A stretch of 64,000 nt of DNA from assembly GCA_963816275.1 (NCBI GenBank), contig CAWFJU010000005.1, positions 221,900-285,899 on the forward strand, given 5' to 3'. Made by a program: the position numbers and the translations under genes. Each line of letters starts with the position of its first letter. The stretch's first letter is position 1. Source of the DNA: an uncultured Actinomycetes bacterium (GTDB lineage Bacteria > Actinomycetota > UBA4738 > HRBIN12). Positions 47,187 to 56,940 of the stretch are shown in pieces. The notes beneath the pieces were generated by a model. It saw only the letters and a list, made by a program, of their open reading frames with translations, made no database searches and had not been told where the DNA came from.

Positions 47187-47930
47187 TCAGGTCAGCTTCG
47201 CGACGATCATCGCGGCGGCGAGGAGCGGCACCGAGAACGACAGCAGTCGGAGCGCGGCCTCGGGCGCACGTCCGAGCGTCCCGGCGTCGATCGGCTCGCT
47301 CGTCCCGTCCTCCAGCACGATCGATCCCGTGACGCCCGTGACCTTGCGTCGGAGCCGGCGCACCGGCGTGGAGAGCGCGCGCTGGGCGGCACTGAGCGCG
47401 ACGCATCCCGCCGCCGCCAGCACCGCCTCGACGCGCAGGGTGCCGGTCTGCGCGACGTAGGCGACCACCACCGGGAACCCGCCCCACGCGAGGGCGAACC
47501 ACAGATCGGAGTGGAACCACCCATTGGCCAGCTCCAGGTTGTAGGCCACCACCAGGAACACGCCGACGGGCATCAACGCCCAGATCCACGGCGTGGCGGC
47601 CATCGCCCCGTGCACCCCGATCGCGAGGGCGCCCACCAGGCCGATGACGGCGAGCCCGATCAACACGCCCCGCGGGATCCGCGTTCGGAGCGGCCGTCCG
47701 TTGAGCTCGTCGAGGGCGTGGGCGGCGACGCCCATCGCCAGGAAGAACGCGGCCGTCGTCTCGAGCCACCACCCGACCCGAAGCTCGGGGGCGAGGGCCG
47801 CGCCGATCGCGACGTAGGACAGGTGCCACAGGGTGTAGGGCGGGTGGAGCAGCGTCCAGTAGTCGCGCCACCCTCCCGGGGACAGCGCGTAGAAGGCCGG
47901 CCTGGGCGTCGACGGGTCGCCGGGCGCCAT
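47187..47930 (-). CDS. Integral membrane protein, family not recognised.
   Basis: From MAPGDPSTPRPAFYAL: about 7 hydrophobic segments (LWHLSYVAIGAALA, TTAAFFLAMGVAAHALDELNG, VLIGLAVIGLVGALAIG, and others). Confidence 0.65.
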   Translation of the reverse strand: MAPGDPSTPRPAFYALSPGGWRDYWTLLHPPYTLWHLSYVAIGAALAPELRVGWWLETTAAFFLAMGVAAHALDELNGRPLRTRIPRGVLIGLAVIGLVGALAIGVHGAMAATPWIWALMPVGVFLVVAYNLELANGWFHSDLWFALAWGGFPVVVAYVAQTGTLRVEAVLAAAGCVALSAAQRALSTPVRRLRRKVTGVTGSIVLEDGTSEPIDAGTLGRAPEAALRLLSFSVPLLAAAMIVAKLT

Positions 47931-47983
47931 CTCGCGATCCGACGTCGTCCCGCGATCAGGATGGGCCTGGCCCTGCGCGCCGG

Positions 47984-48694
47984 TCACGCCTTCACCCCCG
48001 ACACGACGACGCCGGCGCCGAGCGACATCACCCGGCTTCGGATGTGGCGCAGGCCGGCTTCCTGCCACCACCTGACCTGTTCGGGCAGGGGCGCTCGTTC
48101 GACGAACCGTTCGATGCTCGGCCCGAGGAACGCGCCGGTCTCGCGCCACGCCGGCGATACGGCCGCGCCGATCGCCGGCAGCGCGTAGCGCGTGTACCAC
48201 CGCCACCCGAGCCTGAGCACGGGATCGTCGGGAACGTGGAACTCGAGCGACGCCAGCGTGCCGCCCGGACGGAGGACTCGCGCCAGCTCGCGAACGGCCT
48301 CGGGCGGGTCGTCGACGTACCGGAGGAGGTACGTGAACGTCACGGCGTCGAAGGTGGCGTCGCGGAACGGCAACGCCTCCGCTCGACCGAGCACCGGGGC
48401 GATGCGGGTGTCGAGCCCTGCGGCGCCGTTCTCGGTCACGCCCGTGGACAGCATCGTCTCGCTGGGGTCGAGCGCGGTGATGCGCGCGTCGGGGCGGTAC
48501 CGGGCGAGGGCGCGCGACACCAGTCCCGTGCCGGCGGCAACGTCCAGGATCCGGGGACCGGATGCGTCACCGATGCGCGACACCATCTCCCGACGCCAGC
48601 GTCCATCCTGCCCGAGCGACATCACGGCGCCGACCCACGAGTACTGCGGCGCGATCCCGAGGAAGATCGCCGGCGCCTCGGTCCTGTCCGACAT
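47984..48694 (-). CDS. Class I SAM-dependent methyltransferase (UbiE/MenG-like).
   Basis: MSDRTEAPA...ILDVAAGTGLVSRAL (motif I), ALPFRDATFDAVTFTYLLRYV, LRPGGTLASLEF. TGATG overlap with the upstream HAD gene. Confidence 0.8.
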   Translation of the reverse strand: MSDRTEAPAIFLGIAPQYSWVGAVMSLGQDGRWRREMVSRIGDASGPRILDVAAGTGLVSRALARYRPDARITALDPSETMLSTGVTENGAAGLDTRIAPVLGRAEALPFRDATFDAVTFTYLLRYVDDPPEAVRELARVLRPGGTLASLEFHVPDDPVLRLGWRWYTRYALPAIGAAVSPAWRETGAFLGPSIERFVERAPLPEQVRWWQEAGLRHIRSRVMSLGAGVVVSGVKA

Positions 48695-49474
48695 CAGCCG
48701 CGGAGCAGCGCCGGGAGATCGGCGAGCGAGTCGATCACGTGGTCCGGCTCGCCCGCGCTCCAGATCGGACGGCGCGAACTTGCCGGTGCGGACCAGCACG
48801 CCGGTGAGGCCGAGCGCCTGCGCACCGAGGACGTCGTTCACGATGTCGTCGCCGACCATCGCGGCGCGGTCGGGGGGAAGGTCGAGCTCGGCCAGCACGG
48901 CCTCGAAGTAGGCGGGGGCGGGCTTCCCGCAGGTCGCGGCGGTGGTTCCGGTCGCCGTCTCCAGGCCGGCCAGGAACGCGCCGCCGTCCAGCTGCAACCC
49001 TTGAGCGGTACGCCAGTAGAGGTTCCGATGCATCCCGACCAGGGCGGCCCCGTCCATCACCTGCTGGAACACACGGTTGATCGCCGCGTACGAGAAGGCG
49101 TCGCAGGCGCCGCCGAGCACCACGACCTCGGCATGATCGTCGGGCCCGACGACCTCGACGCCCTCGAGGTCCTCGTGGCCATCGCCGTCGGTCAGGAGCT
49201 GGACCTTGGCGCCAGGATGGCGATCGCGCAGGTAGGCAGCCGTCGCGACGACCGCCGTCACGATCTCGTCGGGTTCCACCTCGAATCCGGCGTCCCTCAG
49301 CGTGGCCGCGAGGTCGCGCCGCGCGTGCGTCGTCGTATTCGTGATCAATCGGAACGGGATGCCCGCCCGCCGGAGCCACGCCATCGCGTCGATCGAGCCG
49401 GGGATCGGGTCCCACGAGATCGAGAGCACGCCGTCGATGTCCAGCAGCACGCCGTCGATGTGATCGAGCGCCAT
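48694..49474 (-). pseudogene. HAD-IIA-type hydrolase with one frameshift near the 3' end.
   Basis: MALDHIDGVLLDIDGVL (DxDG), ITNTTT, CGKPAP, MVGDDIVNDVLGA. The tail EPDHVIDSLADLPALLRG is recovered after a 1-nt shift near 48760. Confidence 0.75.
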
Positions 49475-49527
49475 GCCCGGCAGTCTCGCACGGCCGGGCG
49501 TTGCGGATGCCTCGGCCGGCCCGAACG

Positions 49528-50389
49528 TCAGAACCGGATGCCCACCCGCCGGCGCGCCTCGTCCACGTCGCGCGGCTCGATCCCCCGCTCCCGGAGCCGG
49601 TGGTCCTGATACGGGGCGATGTACCGGAGCTTGGGTGGCAGGAGCGGCCGGACCGCGCGGATCAACGGGAAGGTCGCCGCCATCTCCGCCTGCTTCACGG
49701 GCCCGAACGGCAGGCCGTACATGTCGCGGATCCGCGGTGGAAGGGTGCCGTAGGCAAGTCGCGACACCCCGCGAAGGATCGCGCGCCACTCGGCGTCCTC
49801 GGGCGGATCGAGGAAGAGGTCGAGGACCCGCCGAGCGCCGTCGGTGACCTGCAACGCTCCGCGGTCCTCGATGTCGGCGAGCCAGGCGCGGAGCGCCGGT
49901 ACGGTCGGCGGGATCATCGCGCGCGGCACGAGGCACAGTTCGGCCGCGAGCATCTGCTCCTCGTGGAACCGTTGGCGTCCGGCATCGTCGAGCCTGCCGA
50001 CGGTGAGCCGCTCGAAGACCAGGGCGGAGTCGACGAGACAGGCGTGCACGTACAGCAGCAGCTCGGGGTCGAGCGCGTCGTACCGCTCGCCCGTGACACG
50101 GATCGATGCCGTTGATCCGTGTGTGCACCACGTTGATCTTCTCCGCGGCGGTATCGGCTTCGGCGCGCGTCCCGAAGGTCATCGTGTAGGTCAAGATCAG
50201 CGTCCGCTGGAGCCGTTTCCACGGATCCCGTTCGTACATGCCGGTCTGATTCGCGCCGGCGACGACGAGCGGGTGCGCGGCCTGCATCAGCAGTGCGCGG
50301 GCGCCGCCGAACAGCACGGTGACCTCCTTGTGGACCTGCCAGCTCACGCTGTCGGGGCCGAAGTAGCCGGTGTCGCGGCCGAGGCTCAT
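49528..50389 (-). pseudogene. DUF2236 / MpaB-type oxygenase-family protein with one frameshift.
   Basis: GYFGPDSVSWQVHKEVTVLFGGARALLMQAAHPLVVAG..., then after a shift near 50110 LLLYVHACLVDSALVFERL...LPPRIRDMYGLPF. Confidence 0.65.
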
Positions 50390-50450
50390 CCCCCGAGGCT
50401 ACGCATCCAGGACGCGAACGCTCGCCGGGAACCTCTGCGTCGGCGGCGCC

Positions 50451-52136
50451 TCATCTCGTGGCGCGATGCCTGATCGACGCGCGTTTGCGGATCACGCGGG
50501 CCGCCTCACGCTCGGCCACGACGATCAACTGGTGCTGTGCGCGGGTGCCGCCGACCCGCAGGTAGGGCGCGATCTCATCGATCTCGCGCGCCTCGATCTC
50601 GGCCAGGATCACGACCGGACGCTCCAGCCCCTTGAACGAATGCACGCGTCGACCACAGGATCGAACCGTCCTCGGGCCGGTCCGAGAGACGGTTGCGCCC
50701 GAGGTCGCGGCGCGCCCACAGCCGGCTCTTCGAGGCCCCACCCGGCGTGAGCACCACGAGGTCGTCCGGCGCGAGCTGCTCCTCCTCCAGGAGGTTCGTG
50801 ATCACGACGTCGACGAGCCGCACGAGCTCGTCCTCGTCGTCGTAGTCGAGGACCTCGACCGGCAGCCCGCGCGGCCCCTTCGCCGTGCCCGCGCCGGGTC
50901 CGTCGGCGTCGAAGAACACCGAGACGAACGCATGGATCGAGCTCGTGTTCCGAAGGTTGTTCGGGAGCGGAGGGAGGACGTCGTCCTCACCGACGGGAAG
51001 ATCCCCGCCGCCGTACAGGTTCTGGCTGTCGTCGCCGAACAGGTAGAGCGTTCCCGCGTCGGGATCCTTGTGGGTGGCGAGGAGCGCGGGCCACCACCAC
51101 GCCCGGAAGTCCTGCGACTCGTCGACCACGATCGCGTCGTACCGAGGACCCAGTCGTCGAGCGGCCTCCTCGAGCAGGCCCGGGAGCGTCTCTTCGAACC
51201 ACGCTCGATCGTCGTTCCCACCCGGCTGCGGTGACCTCGAGACCCGCCTCCCGCGCGAACTCCATGGCGAGCCCGTGGAAGTGCGCGACGTGGAGGTTCG
51301 CCTGGCCCTCGGTCGAGGCGACGAGGTGCTCGGCGAGGCGCTTGTTGAAGCAGGTGAGGAGCGTGCGCTTCCCGGACTCCGCGATGTGGCGCGCCACCCC
51401 GATCGCGAGGACGGTCTTGCCGCAACCCGGTGGGCCGGTGACGGCTGCGCGCCGGCGATGCAGGACGTACGACCTGATGAAGGCCTGCTCGTCCGTGAGC
51501 TCCACGATCTTCTTGTCCTCTTCGTGGAAGAGGAGGCGGAGCGGCGTGCGGATCTCGACGCGATACCCCAACGCGTCGGACAGCGCGTGCATCCCGGACG
51601 TCCCGAACGTGCGGCCCGGGCGCTTCCAGGCGCGCATGATCTCGCGGACCCGCGATCGCCAGACCGCCCATGTCGTCGCGGTCGATCGCGTAGGCGGCAG
51701 GAGCCCCCGGGTGGGCATCACGGTCGTAGACGCCGTCGGGGAAGGCGACCCCGTAGCCGTATGAGGGGCGCCAGCGCGACCACCCGGGCCGCGACTCGAG
51801 GATCGTGACGAGCGAATGCATCTCGTCGCGGGCTTGATGGAACGGGTCCTCCTTGAGGCGATGACGGCCATCTCGGCCCCCTTGGGTCCACGTCCGGCTG
51901 GCTGGGTCGTACGTCAGTCCGCCGCCCTTGGCCTCGAGCACGAGCACGCCGTCGTCCGGGTGGGCGATCACGAAGTCCGCCTCGCCCTGCACCGGGGTTG
52001 GATCGCCACCGAGTACCCAGTCCACCGAGTGGTAGACGACATACTCGTCGTCGAGCTGCTCCATGAATCCTTCGTAGAGACGGCGCTCGGCGGTGCTCGT
52101 GGTGGGCAGCATCGGGAACGGGACCATCCGAGCCAT
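50451..52136 (-). pseudogene. NERD-domain plus SF1 (UvrD-like) helicase, frame broken several times.
   Basis: NERD part: ERRLYEGFMEQLDDEYVVYHSVDW...GEADFVIAHPDDGVLVLEAKGG. Helicase part: VTGPPGCGKTV (Walker A), MVDESQDF (Walker B), NLRNTSSIH, HSFKGLERPVVIL; over ORFs 50802-52136, 50987-51871, 50575-51129 and 50451-50741. Confidence 0.7.
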
Positions 52137-52218
52137 GGCGGGAGCCTAGTGCCTCGCTGGACTTGGGCGGACGCGCGTCGGAGAATCCAGGCCCGGCGGC
52201 TCGACCGCCGCTTCCCTG

Positions 52219-52878
52219 ATGCTGATCGTGATCTTGATCCTCGTGGCCGTGGCGGCCGGGTTCGTGGCCGGCGGAAGCTTGCGCGGCTTCGAGCGGGTGC
52301 AGATCCACTGGTGGGGTGCGGCGGCCGCGGGCCTGGCCGTGCAGGTGATCCCGTCGTTCTCGGTCGGCGGACGATCCTTGGGCCCGGCGATGCTGGCGCT
52401 GTCGTACGCGCTGCTGGTGGCCTTCCTCTGGGTGAACCGGCGACTCCCCGCAGCTCCGATCATGCTGATCGGGCTGGTGCTCAACCTGCTGGTCGTCGTC
52501 CCCAACGGGGGGATGCCGGTGAGCGCGTCCGCGGTGGAGACCTCCGGCGGGTCGAACGCGCTCCTCGCACCGATCGACGATGGCAAGCACCACCGGATGA
52601 CCGAGGATGACGTCCTGACGCCCTTGGCCGACGTGATCGCGCTTCCGGCCCCCGTGGGCGCGGTGCTGTCGATCGGGGACCTGTTCCTCTACGTCGGGAT
52701 GATGGCGTTCGTCGTGCTCATCATGCTCGGACGGTCTGGCGAGAATCCTCGTCCGCCGGCTCGGTGGTTCCAGGGCTACCGGGGGAAGCACCTGCCGCCG
52801 GAGCGGCGCCTGCCCCGCCGGTCACAGGCCCGCCCTCCCCAGCCGGTTGGAGCAACGCGACCGGGAAGCGGACCGTGA
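52219..52878 (+). CDS. DUF5317-like small membrane protein.
   Basis: MLIVILILVAVAAGFVAGGSLRGF..., VLNLLVVVPNGGMPVS, LSIGDLFLYVGMMAFVV. The Arg/Pro-rich tail overlaps the convergent kinase gene by 158 nt, so the true stop may be earlier. Confidence 0.6.
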   Translation: MLIVILILVAVAAGFVAGGSLRGFERVQIHWWGAAAAGLAVQVIPSFSVGGRSLGPAMLALSYALLVAFLWVNRRLPAAPIMLIGLVLNLLVVVPNGGMPVSASAVETSGGSNALLAPIDDGKHHRMTEDDVLTPLADVIALPAPVGAVLSIGDLFLYVGMMAFVVLIMLGRSGENPRPPARWFQGYRGKHLPPERRLPRRSQARPPQPVGATRPGSGP

Positions 52879-54258
52879 TCGTCGTGCCCTGCCCGGGCTG
52901 ACTCTCGACGTCGCACGAGCCCCCACCGACCTGGGCCCGCTCGCGGATCATCGCCATGCCGAAGTGCCCCTCGGGCCCCGGCGCCGTGGTGTCGAATCCG
53001 ACCCCGTTGTCGGCGAGCTCGAGCTCGATCTGGTCCTCGACCTCGCGGACGGAGATCCAGACGTCCGTGGCCTTCGCGTGCTTGAGCGCGTTCATGACAC
53101 CTTCGCGGGCGATGTGGAAGACCAGGAGGGCGATCGGCGCCGGCAGGTCGATGTCCTGCACGTCGCGGTGGAAGGCGATCCCCGAGTCGCGCCCGACCTC
53201 GTCGGTGAAGGACTCGAGCGATTCGGCGAGACCCCGAGCGCCGAGCGGTGACCGGTGCAGATCGCGGATCAGGGCGCGGATGCGATCGGAGGTCTCCTGC
53301 TTGGATTCGCGGATCTTCTCGAGCTGCGTGCCGACCTCGGGGATGTCGCCCTTCTCCAAGAGCTTGCGGGCGACGTCGACCTGGATCGAGAGGCGGAACA
53401 GGACCTGAGCGAGGTCGTCATGCAGGTAGCCCGCGATCTGGAGCCGCTCGTCGGCGCGCTCCTCGGCCATCGTGTTCGAGAGGGCACGCAGCACCTGCTC
53501 GCGTTCCTGCAGCTCCTTGTGAGCCTCCTCGAGCGCCTGCGACCTGAAGAACATCTGGCGAGCGAACAGCAAGGGGGCCAGAACCACAATGACGGACCAA
53601 AGTCCAATCTCGGGCGTCGTGTAGAGCTTAGCCAGCACTGTGCCGACCAGTCCCAATCCCATGTAGCTAACGATGAACTCCTGGCCCCTAGAAAGCTGTC
53701 TCACAACCACCCGAGGGCGACAGCCGGTAGATGAGCCCAACAGCCACCGCCACAAGGCCGATGTTGATGGCGTAGTCCACGACTGTCGCTACGAGCGCCG
53801 GCGGAATCATCCAGAAGAGCGGATCTTCGTAGCTCCCGAGTGCGTGGAATGTCGCGCTCGCGGCAAGGACAGCGATCGCCACCTGGCTGCGGTTGAACAG
53901 CGTCCGAAGTGGATTCGATCTCGGCGCTTGAACTCGCGCGGATCAGAGGAACCGAGGAATGCGACAAGAGCCGCAGCTCCCGGTGCGTAAATGATGGCGA
54001 CCGCAGTGAGCAGCGGGAAGCCGAGACTCGCCTGCACGCCCCCCCAGGCCGGCGCGGGAAGAAGCTCCACGAGCGCGACGATTGCGAGCCACGCGGCCAA
54101 GCTGCTGAAGGGGAAGAGTCTCCCACGTCCGAAAGGTGTTCAGCGTCAACCCGACGATGGTGGGCACGACGACTGCCAAGCGCGAACCAGGCCGCAAGTG
54201 ATCCGCTGCGGACGGTGACGGCGCGAGGGGCTCGTTCGGCTGAGGAAGCAGAGGACAT
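52721..54258 (-). pseudogene. Sensor histidine kinase (HisKA_3 + HATPase_c) with a polytopic N-terminal membrane domain. The N-terminal half is frame-broken.
   Basis: H-box ERLQIAGYLHDDLAQVLFRLS; N-box FHIAREGVMNALKHA; LADNGVGF; HFGMAMIRERA. Membrane segments upstream (LAIVALVELLPAPAWGGVQASLGFPLLTAVAIIYAPGAAALVAFLG, FNRSQVAIAVLAASATFHALG...) lie in other frames. Confidence 0.7.
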
Positions 54259-54421
54259 CAAGGGACATCATCCCTCGATGCATGGCCTCGGGAAAGCAGC
54301 CAGCCACCCGATTCGGAGGAGTGCCACTGCCCTACGCCGAACTGCGTAGCACGATGAGCGGGATTGTCCCCCTAGTGGGTGACCCCCGATAGTGGTCGCG
54401 GGTCCCCCGAGTGGGGATGTG

Positions 54422-54439
54422 TCCACGAACCTTCGTGGA
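54422..54439. promoter_or_regulatory. Perfect 18-bp palindrome upstream of the micro-ORF. Candidate operator.
   Basis: TCCACGAA-CC-TTCGTGGA, located 34-51 nt upstream of the ATG at 54473, inside the divergent intergenic region. Confidence 0.35.
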
Positions 54440-54472
54440 TCCAGAAGAAGATGAAGAACAGGGAGGACGCTC

Positions 54473-54556
54473 ATGAAGGTCGCGAAGCGCATCGCCATCG
54501 CTCTTGGCTCCCTGCTCGCGGTCATGCTCGCGGGCGGCGCTCACTTCAAGATTTGA
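54473..54556 (+). CDS. 27-codon micro-ORF encoding a signal-peptide-like or single-TM peptide.
   Basis: GGGAGGA RBS 6 nt upstream of the ATG. MKVAKRIAIALGSLLAVMLAGGAHFKI. About 22 of 25 sense codons end in G or C although the surroundings are lower in GC. An intrinsic-terminator-like hairpin follows directly. Confidence 0.5.
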   Translation: MKVAKRIAIALGSLLAVMLAGGAHFKI

Positions 54557-54579
54557 GCCCCAGCAGAGATTCAGACGAA

Positions 54580-54607
54580 GGCTCGGGCGGTTGCCCGGGC
54601 CTTTTGT
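54580..54607 (+). terminator. Rho-independent-terminator-like hairpin with a T tract.
   Basis: GGCTCGGGC-ggtt-GCCCGGGCC followed by TTTTGT. The T tract is present only on the plus strand. Confidence 0.55.
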
Positions 54608-54639
54608 CGTACTTGCAGGGACTAGATCTCACAGTGGGA

Positions 54640-56042
54640 TCACGGCAACAACTCGAGTGCCCAGCCCCACTTCGCTGTCGACCGCAGCCTCCCCCCGCAT
54701 GCTTCGACTCGCTCCAAGAGCATCTGGAGACCGTAGTGCAATCCTTGATCAACGCTCCGAGGATTGAACCCAACGCCGTCATCCTCAACCATCAGCCGAA
54801 TCAGATCACCGTCTGAGCTCAGGCGAACCCGCGCTCTAGAGGCACGCGCATGCTTGAATACGTTATTGAGCGCCTCTCTTGCGACCTGGTAGCAGAGCAA
54901 CTGGGCGACCACGCTCGCCGAAGACGACTCGAGGTCGAGGTCAAGCTCGATCGGCGGCGCCCCGGCCGACTCCAGCTGGTCTGGCGTACATCGAGAGAGT
55001 AGGTAGAAGGCCGCCGGGTCCAAGAGGCGAACGCCTTGCGTCACCCAGGATGCTCCGAGTCGCCGCCGCTGCCACCTCAGTGGCCTCTAACAGCTGAGGC
55101 AGGTCTTCATCCAGGGCAAGGAGCTGTCCCGAATTCAGATCGTGCCTGAGCACTTGCCCCATGAGATGAACCTTGAAGAGGGGCGGCAGGACTTCGTCAT
55201 GGAGTTCACCAGCGATCAGCATGCGCTCGTCTCGGCGCTCCTCGCCATTTGCCGAGAGGCGAGTCTGAGTGCCTCCTCCCCATGCTGGATCTCAAGATCC
55301 GCCCGCTCCAATAGGTTTCTGTGCAGGAAGGCTTGGCGAGCGAGGGCCACCGGGGCTACGCACGCAAGTACTCCGACGAGCCCCAAGCGAGGTATGCCTC
55401 TCCGACGAACACGCTCAGAAAGCCGAAACACACGTAGGTCGAAAGAAACGACTCAATCGGGCCAAAGCGCATTCGGCGAAGGACAGCTCGGAGCGATTGG
55501 CTGTCCTTGATCGCCCAATAGGACCCGACTAGCAAATAGTTGACGAGCGAATCTACGAACAGCGCTACAAGTCCAGCCACGGCCGCCCATGGCCAGGTGC
55601 CCAACTGTCCACCAAGGAGGAGGAAGACCGAAGCACCCGCCATGGCACTAAGGGAGACCTGGGCACGATTGAACAACGCGCGCGTCAGGGTGACCTCGTG
55701 CCGCAACTCGCGAACGTCCAGGACCCCCACGAACGCGACGATGCCAGCGGCCAGGGGGCCGAAGGCCAATCCAGCTCCCAGCACGAGGGGCAGGTCCAAT
55801 CCGAGGGTGACTCCACGCTGGGTCGGAACGGGCACGAGGCCAGCAGCCGCCACCATGAGTGTCCAGGCCGCCAAGGCATACAAGACGGCGATATCTGGCA
55901 TTTCCGTCGCTCGCACGCCCACCCCGATCACGACGAGATCGGCGGCGATGACAAGCGCCTCTAAGGCCTTGAGGCCAGCAGGATCCTGCGGGCGCACTCG
56001 AGACGTGTGGCGATGAGCGTGCGTGCGTGCGGTTGCCGACAT
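54640..56042 (-). pseudogene. Second, paralogous HisKA_3 sensor kinase with the same polytopic N-terminal domain, frame broken at least three times.
   Basis: Membrane part GLVPVPTQRGVTLGLDLPLVLGAGLAFGPLAAGIVAFVGVLDVRELRHE...FNRAQVSLSAMAG; H-box MLIAGELHDEVLPPLFKV; N-box YQVAREALNNVFKHA; VEDDGVGF; HYGLQMLLERVEACGG; over ORFs 55356-56042, 55216-55431, 54941-55222 and 54640-55044. Confidence 0.7.
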
Positions 56043-56194
56043 GAGAGCCCTCCGACTCGTGCCGTCGTGACCGGGGAGGCGTGTCCGGTGCGGCTGTGGA
56101 AAACGTGAAGGCTGGTTTCTAACGAACTGGTGAGGCCGAGGTCAAGAATGACAATCTCGGGTCGGGCGCAGAGGCCGCCGACTACCATCGGGGC

Positions 56195-56890
56195 ATGAAG
56201 CCACGTGTGCTCCTCGTCGAGGACGAGGCCGCCATCTCAGAGCCGCTCGTCGATCACCTCGCCCGCGAAGGGTTCGATACCGACCTCGCCGGGACCATCG
56301 CCGCCGCCGAGGACGCCTTCGACCGGCAGCAACCCGACCTCGTGCTCCTCGACGTCATGCTGCCCGACGGCGACGGGCGTGACCTCTGTCGCGACCTCCG
56401 TCGGCGCTCCGACGTGCCGATCATCATGCTCACGGCGCGCGGCGAAGAGATCGATCGCATCGTTGGGCTCGAGCTCGGCGCCGACGACTACGTCGTCAAG
56501 CCGTTCTCCGCGGGCGAGCTCGTCGCGCGGATGCGCGCGATCATGCGTCGCGGTCGCTCGACCGCCACCCGCAAAGAACCGATCACCCTCGGGTCCATCA
56601 CGCTCGACCCGGCCGCGCGGATCGTCACGAAGGGCGACGACGAGGTAGAGCTCGCCGCCAAGGAATTCGACCTCCTCCACCTGCTGATGGCGCACGCGGG
56701 CGAGGTGGTCAAGCGGGAGGACATCATGGACGAGGTCTGGGACCCGCACTGGTTCGGTCCGACGAAGACCCTCGACGTCCACATCTCGTGGCTCCGCAAG
56801 AAGATCGAGGACGACCCGGCCAACCCGCGGTTCATCACCACGATCCGCGGCGTCGGCTTCCGGTTCGCGACCGACGACGACCTCGCCTGA
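56195..56890 (+). CDS. OmpR/PhoB-family response regulator.
   Basis: MKPRVLLVEDE...DLVLLDVMLPDGDG (receiver), and the winged-helix part LDVHISWLRKKIE...ITTIRGVGFRF. Confidence 0.9.
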   Translation: MKPRVLLVEDEAAISEPLVDHLAREGFDTDLAGTIAAAEDAFDRQQPDLVLLDVMLPDGDGRDLCRDLRRRSDVPIIMLTARGEEIDRIVGLELGADDYVVKPFSAGELVARMRAIMRRGRSTATRKEPITLGSITLDPAARIVTKGDDEVELAAKEFDLLHLLMAHAGEVVKREDIMDEVWDPHWFGPTKTLDVHISWLRKKIEDDPANPRFITTIRGVGFRFATDDDLA

Positions 56891-56940
56891 GGTCCCCGAC
56901 CAGGAAGGAGGGCGCCACGAAGGTCCGCGGCCGGCTCGTC

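Noticed and set aside
47984-50389. Giant 801-aa multidomain DUF2236-HAD-methyltransferase fusion protein.
   Set aside because: The recognisable domains are separated by Arg/Pro-rich filler that is out-of-frame translation. Each unit has its own start codon, and HAD and the methyltransferase are TGATG-coupled after a 1-nt correction.
52721-52878. 158-nt convergent overlap of DUF5317 and kinase 1 as a functional antisense arrangement.
   Set aside because: The DUF5317 tail in the overlap is Arg/Pro-rich and unlike the rest of the protein. The true stop was probably lost through an indel or lies earlier. It is noted inside the island finding instead.
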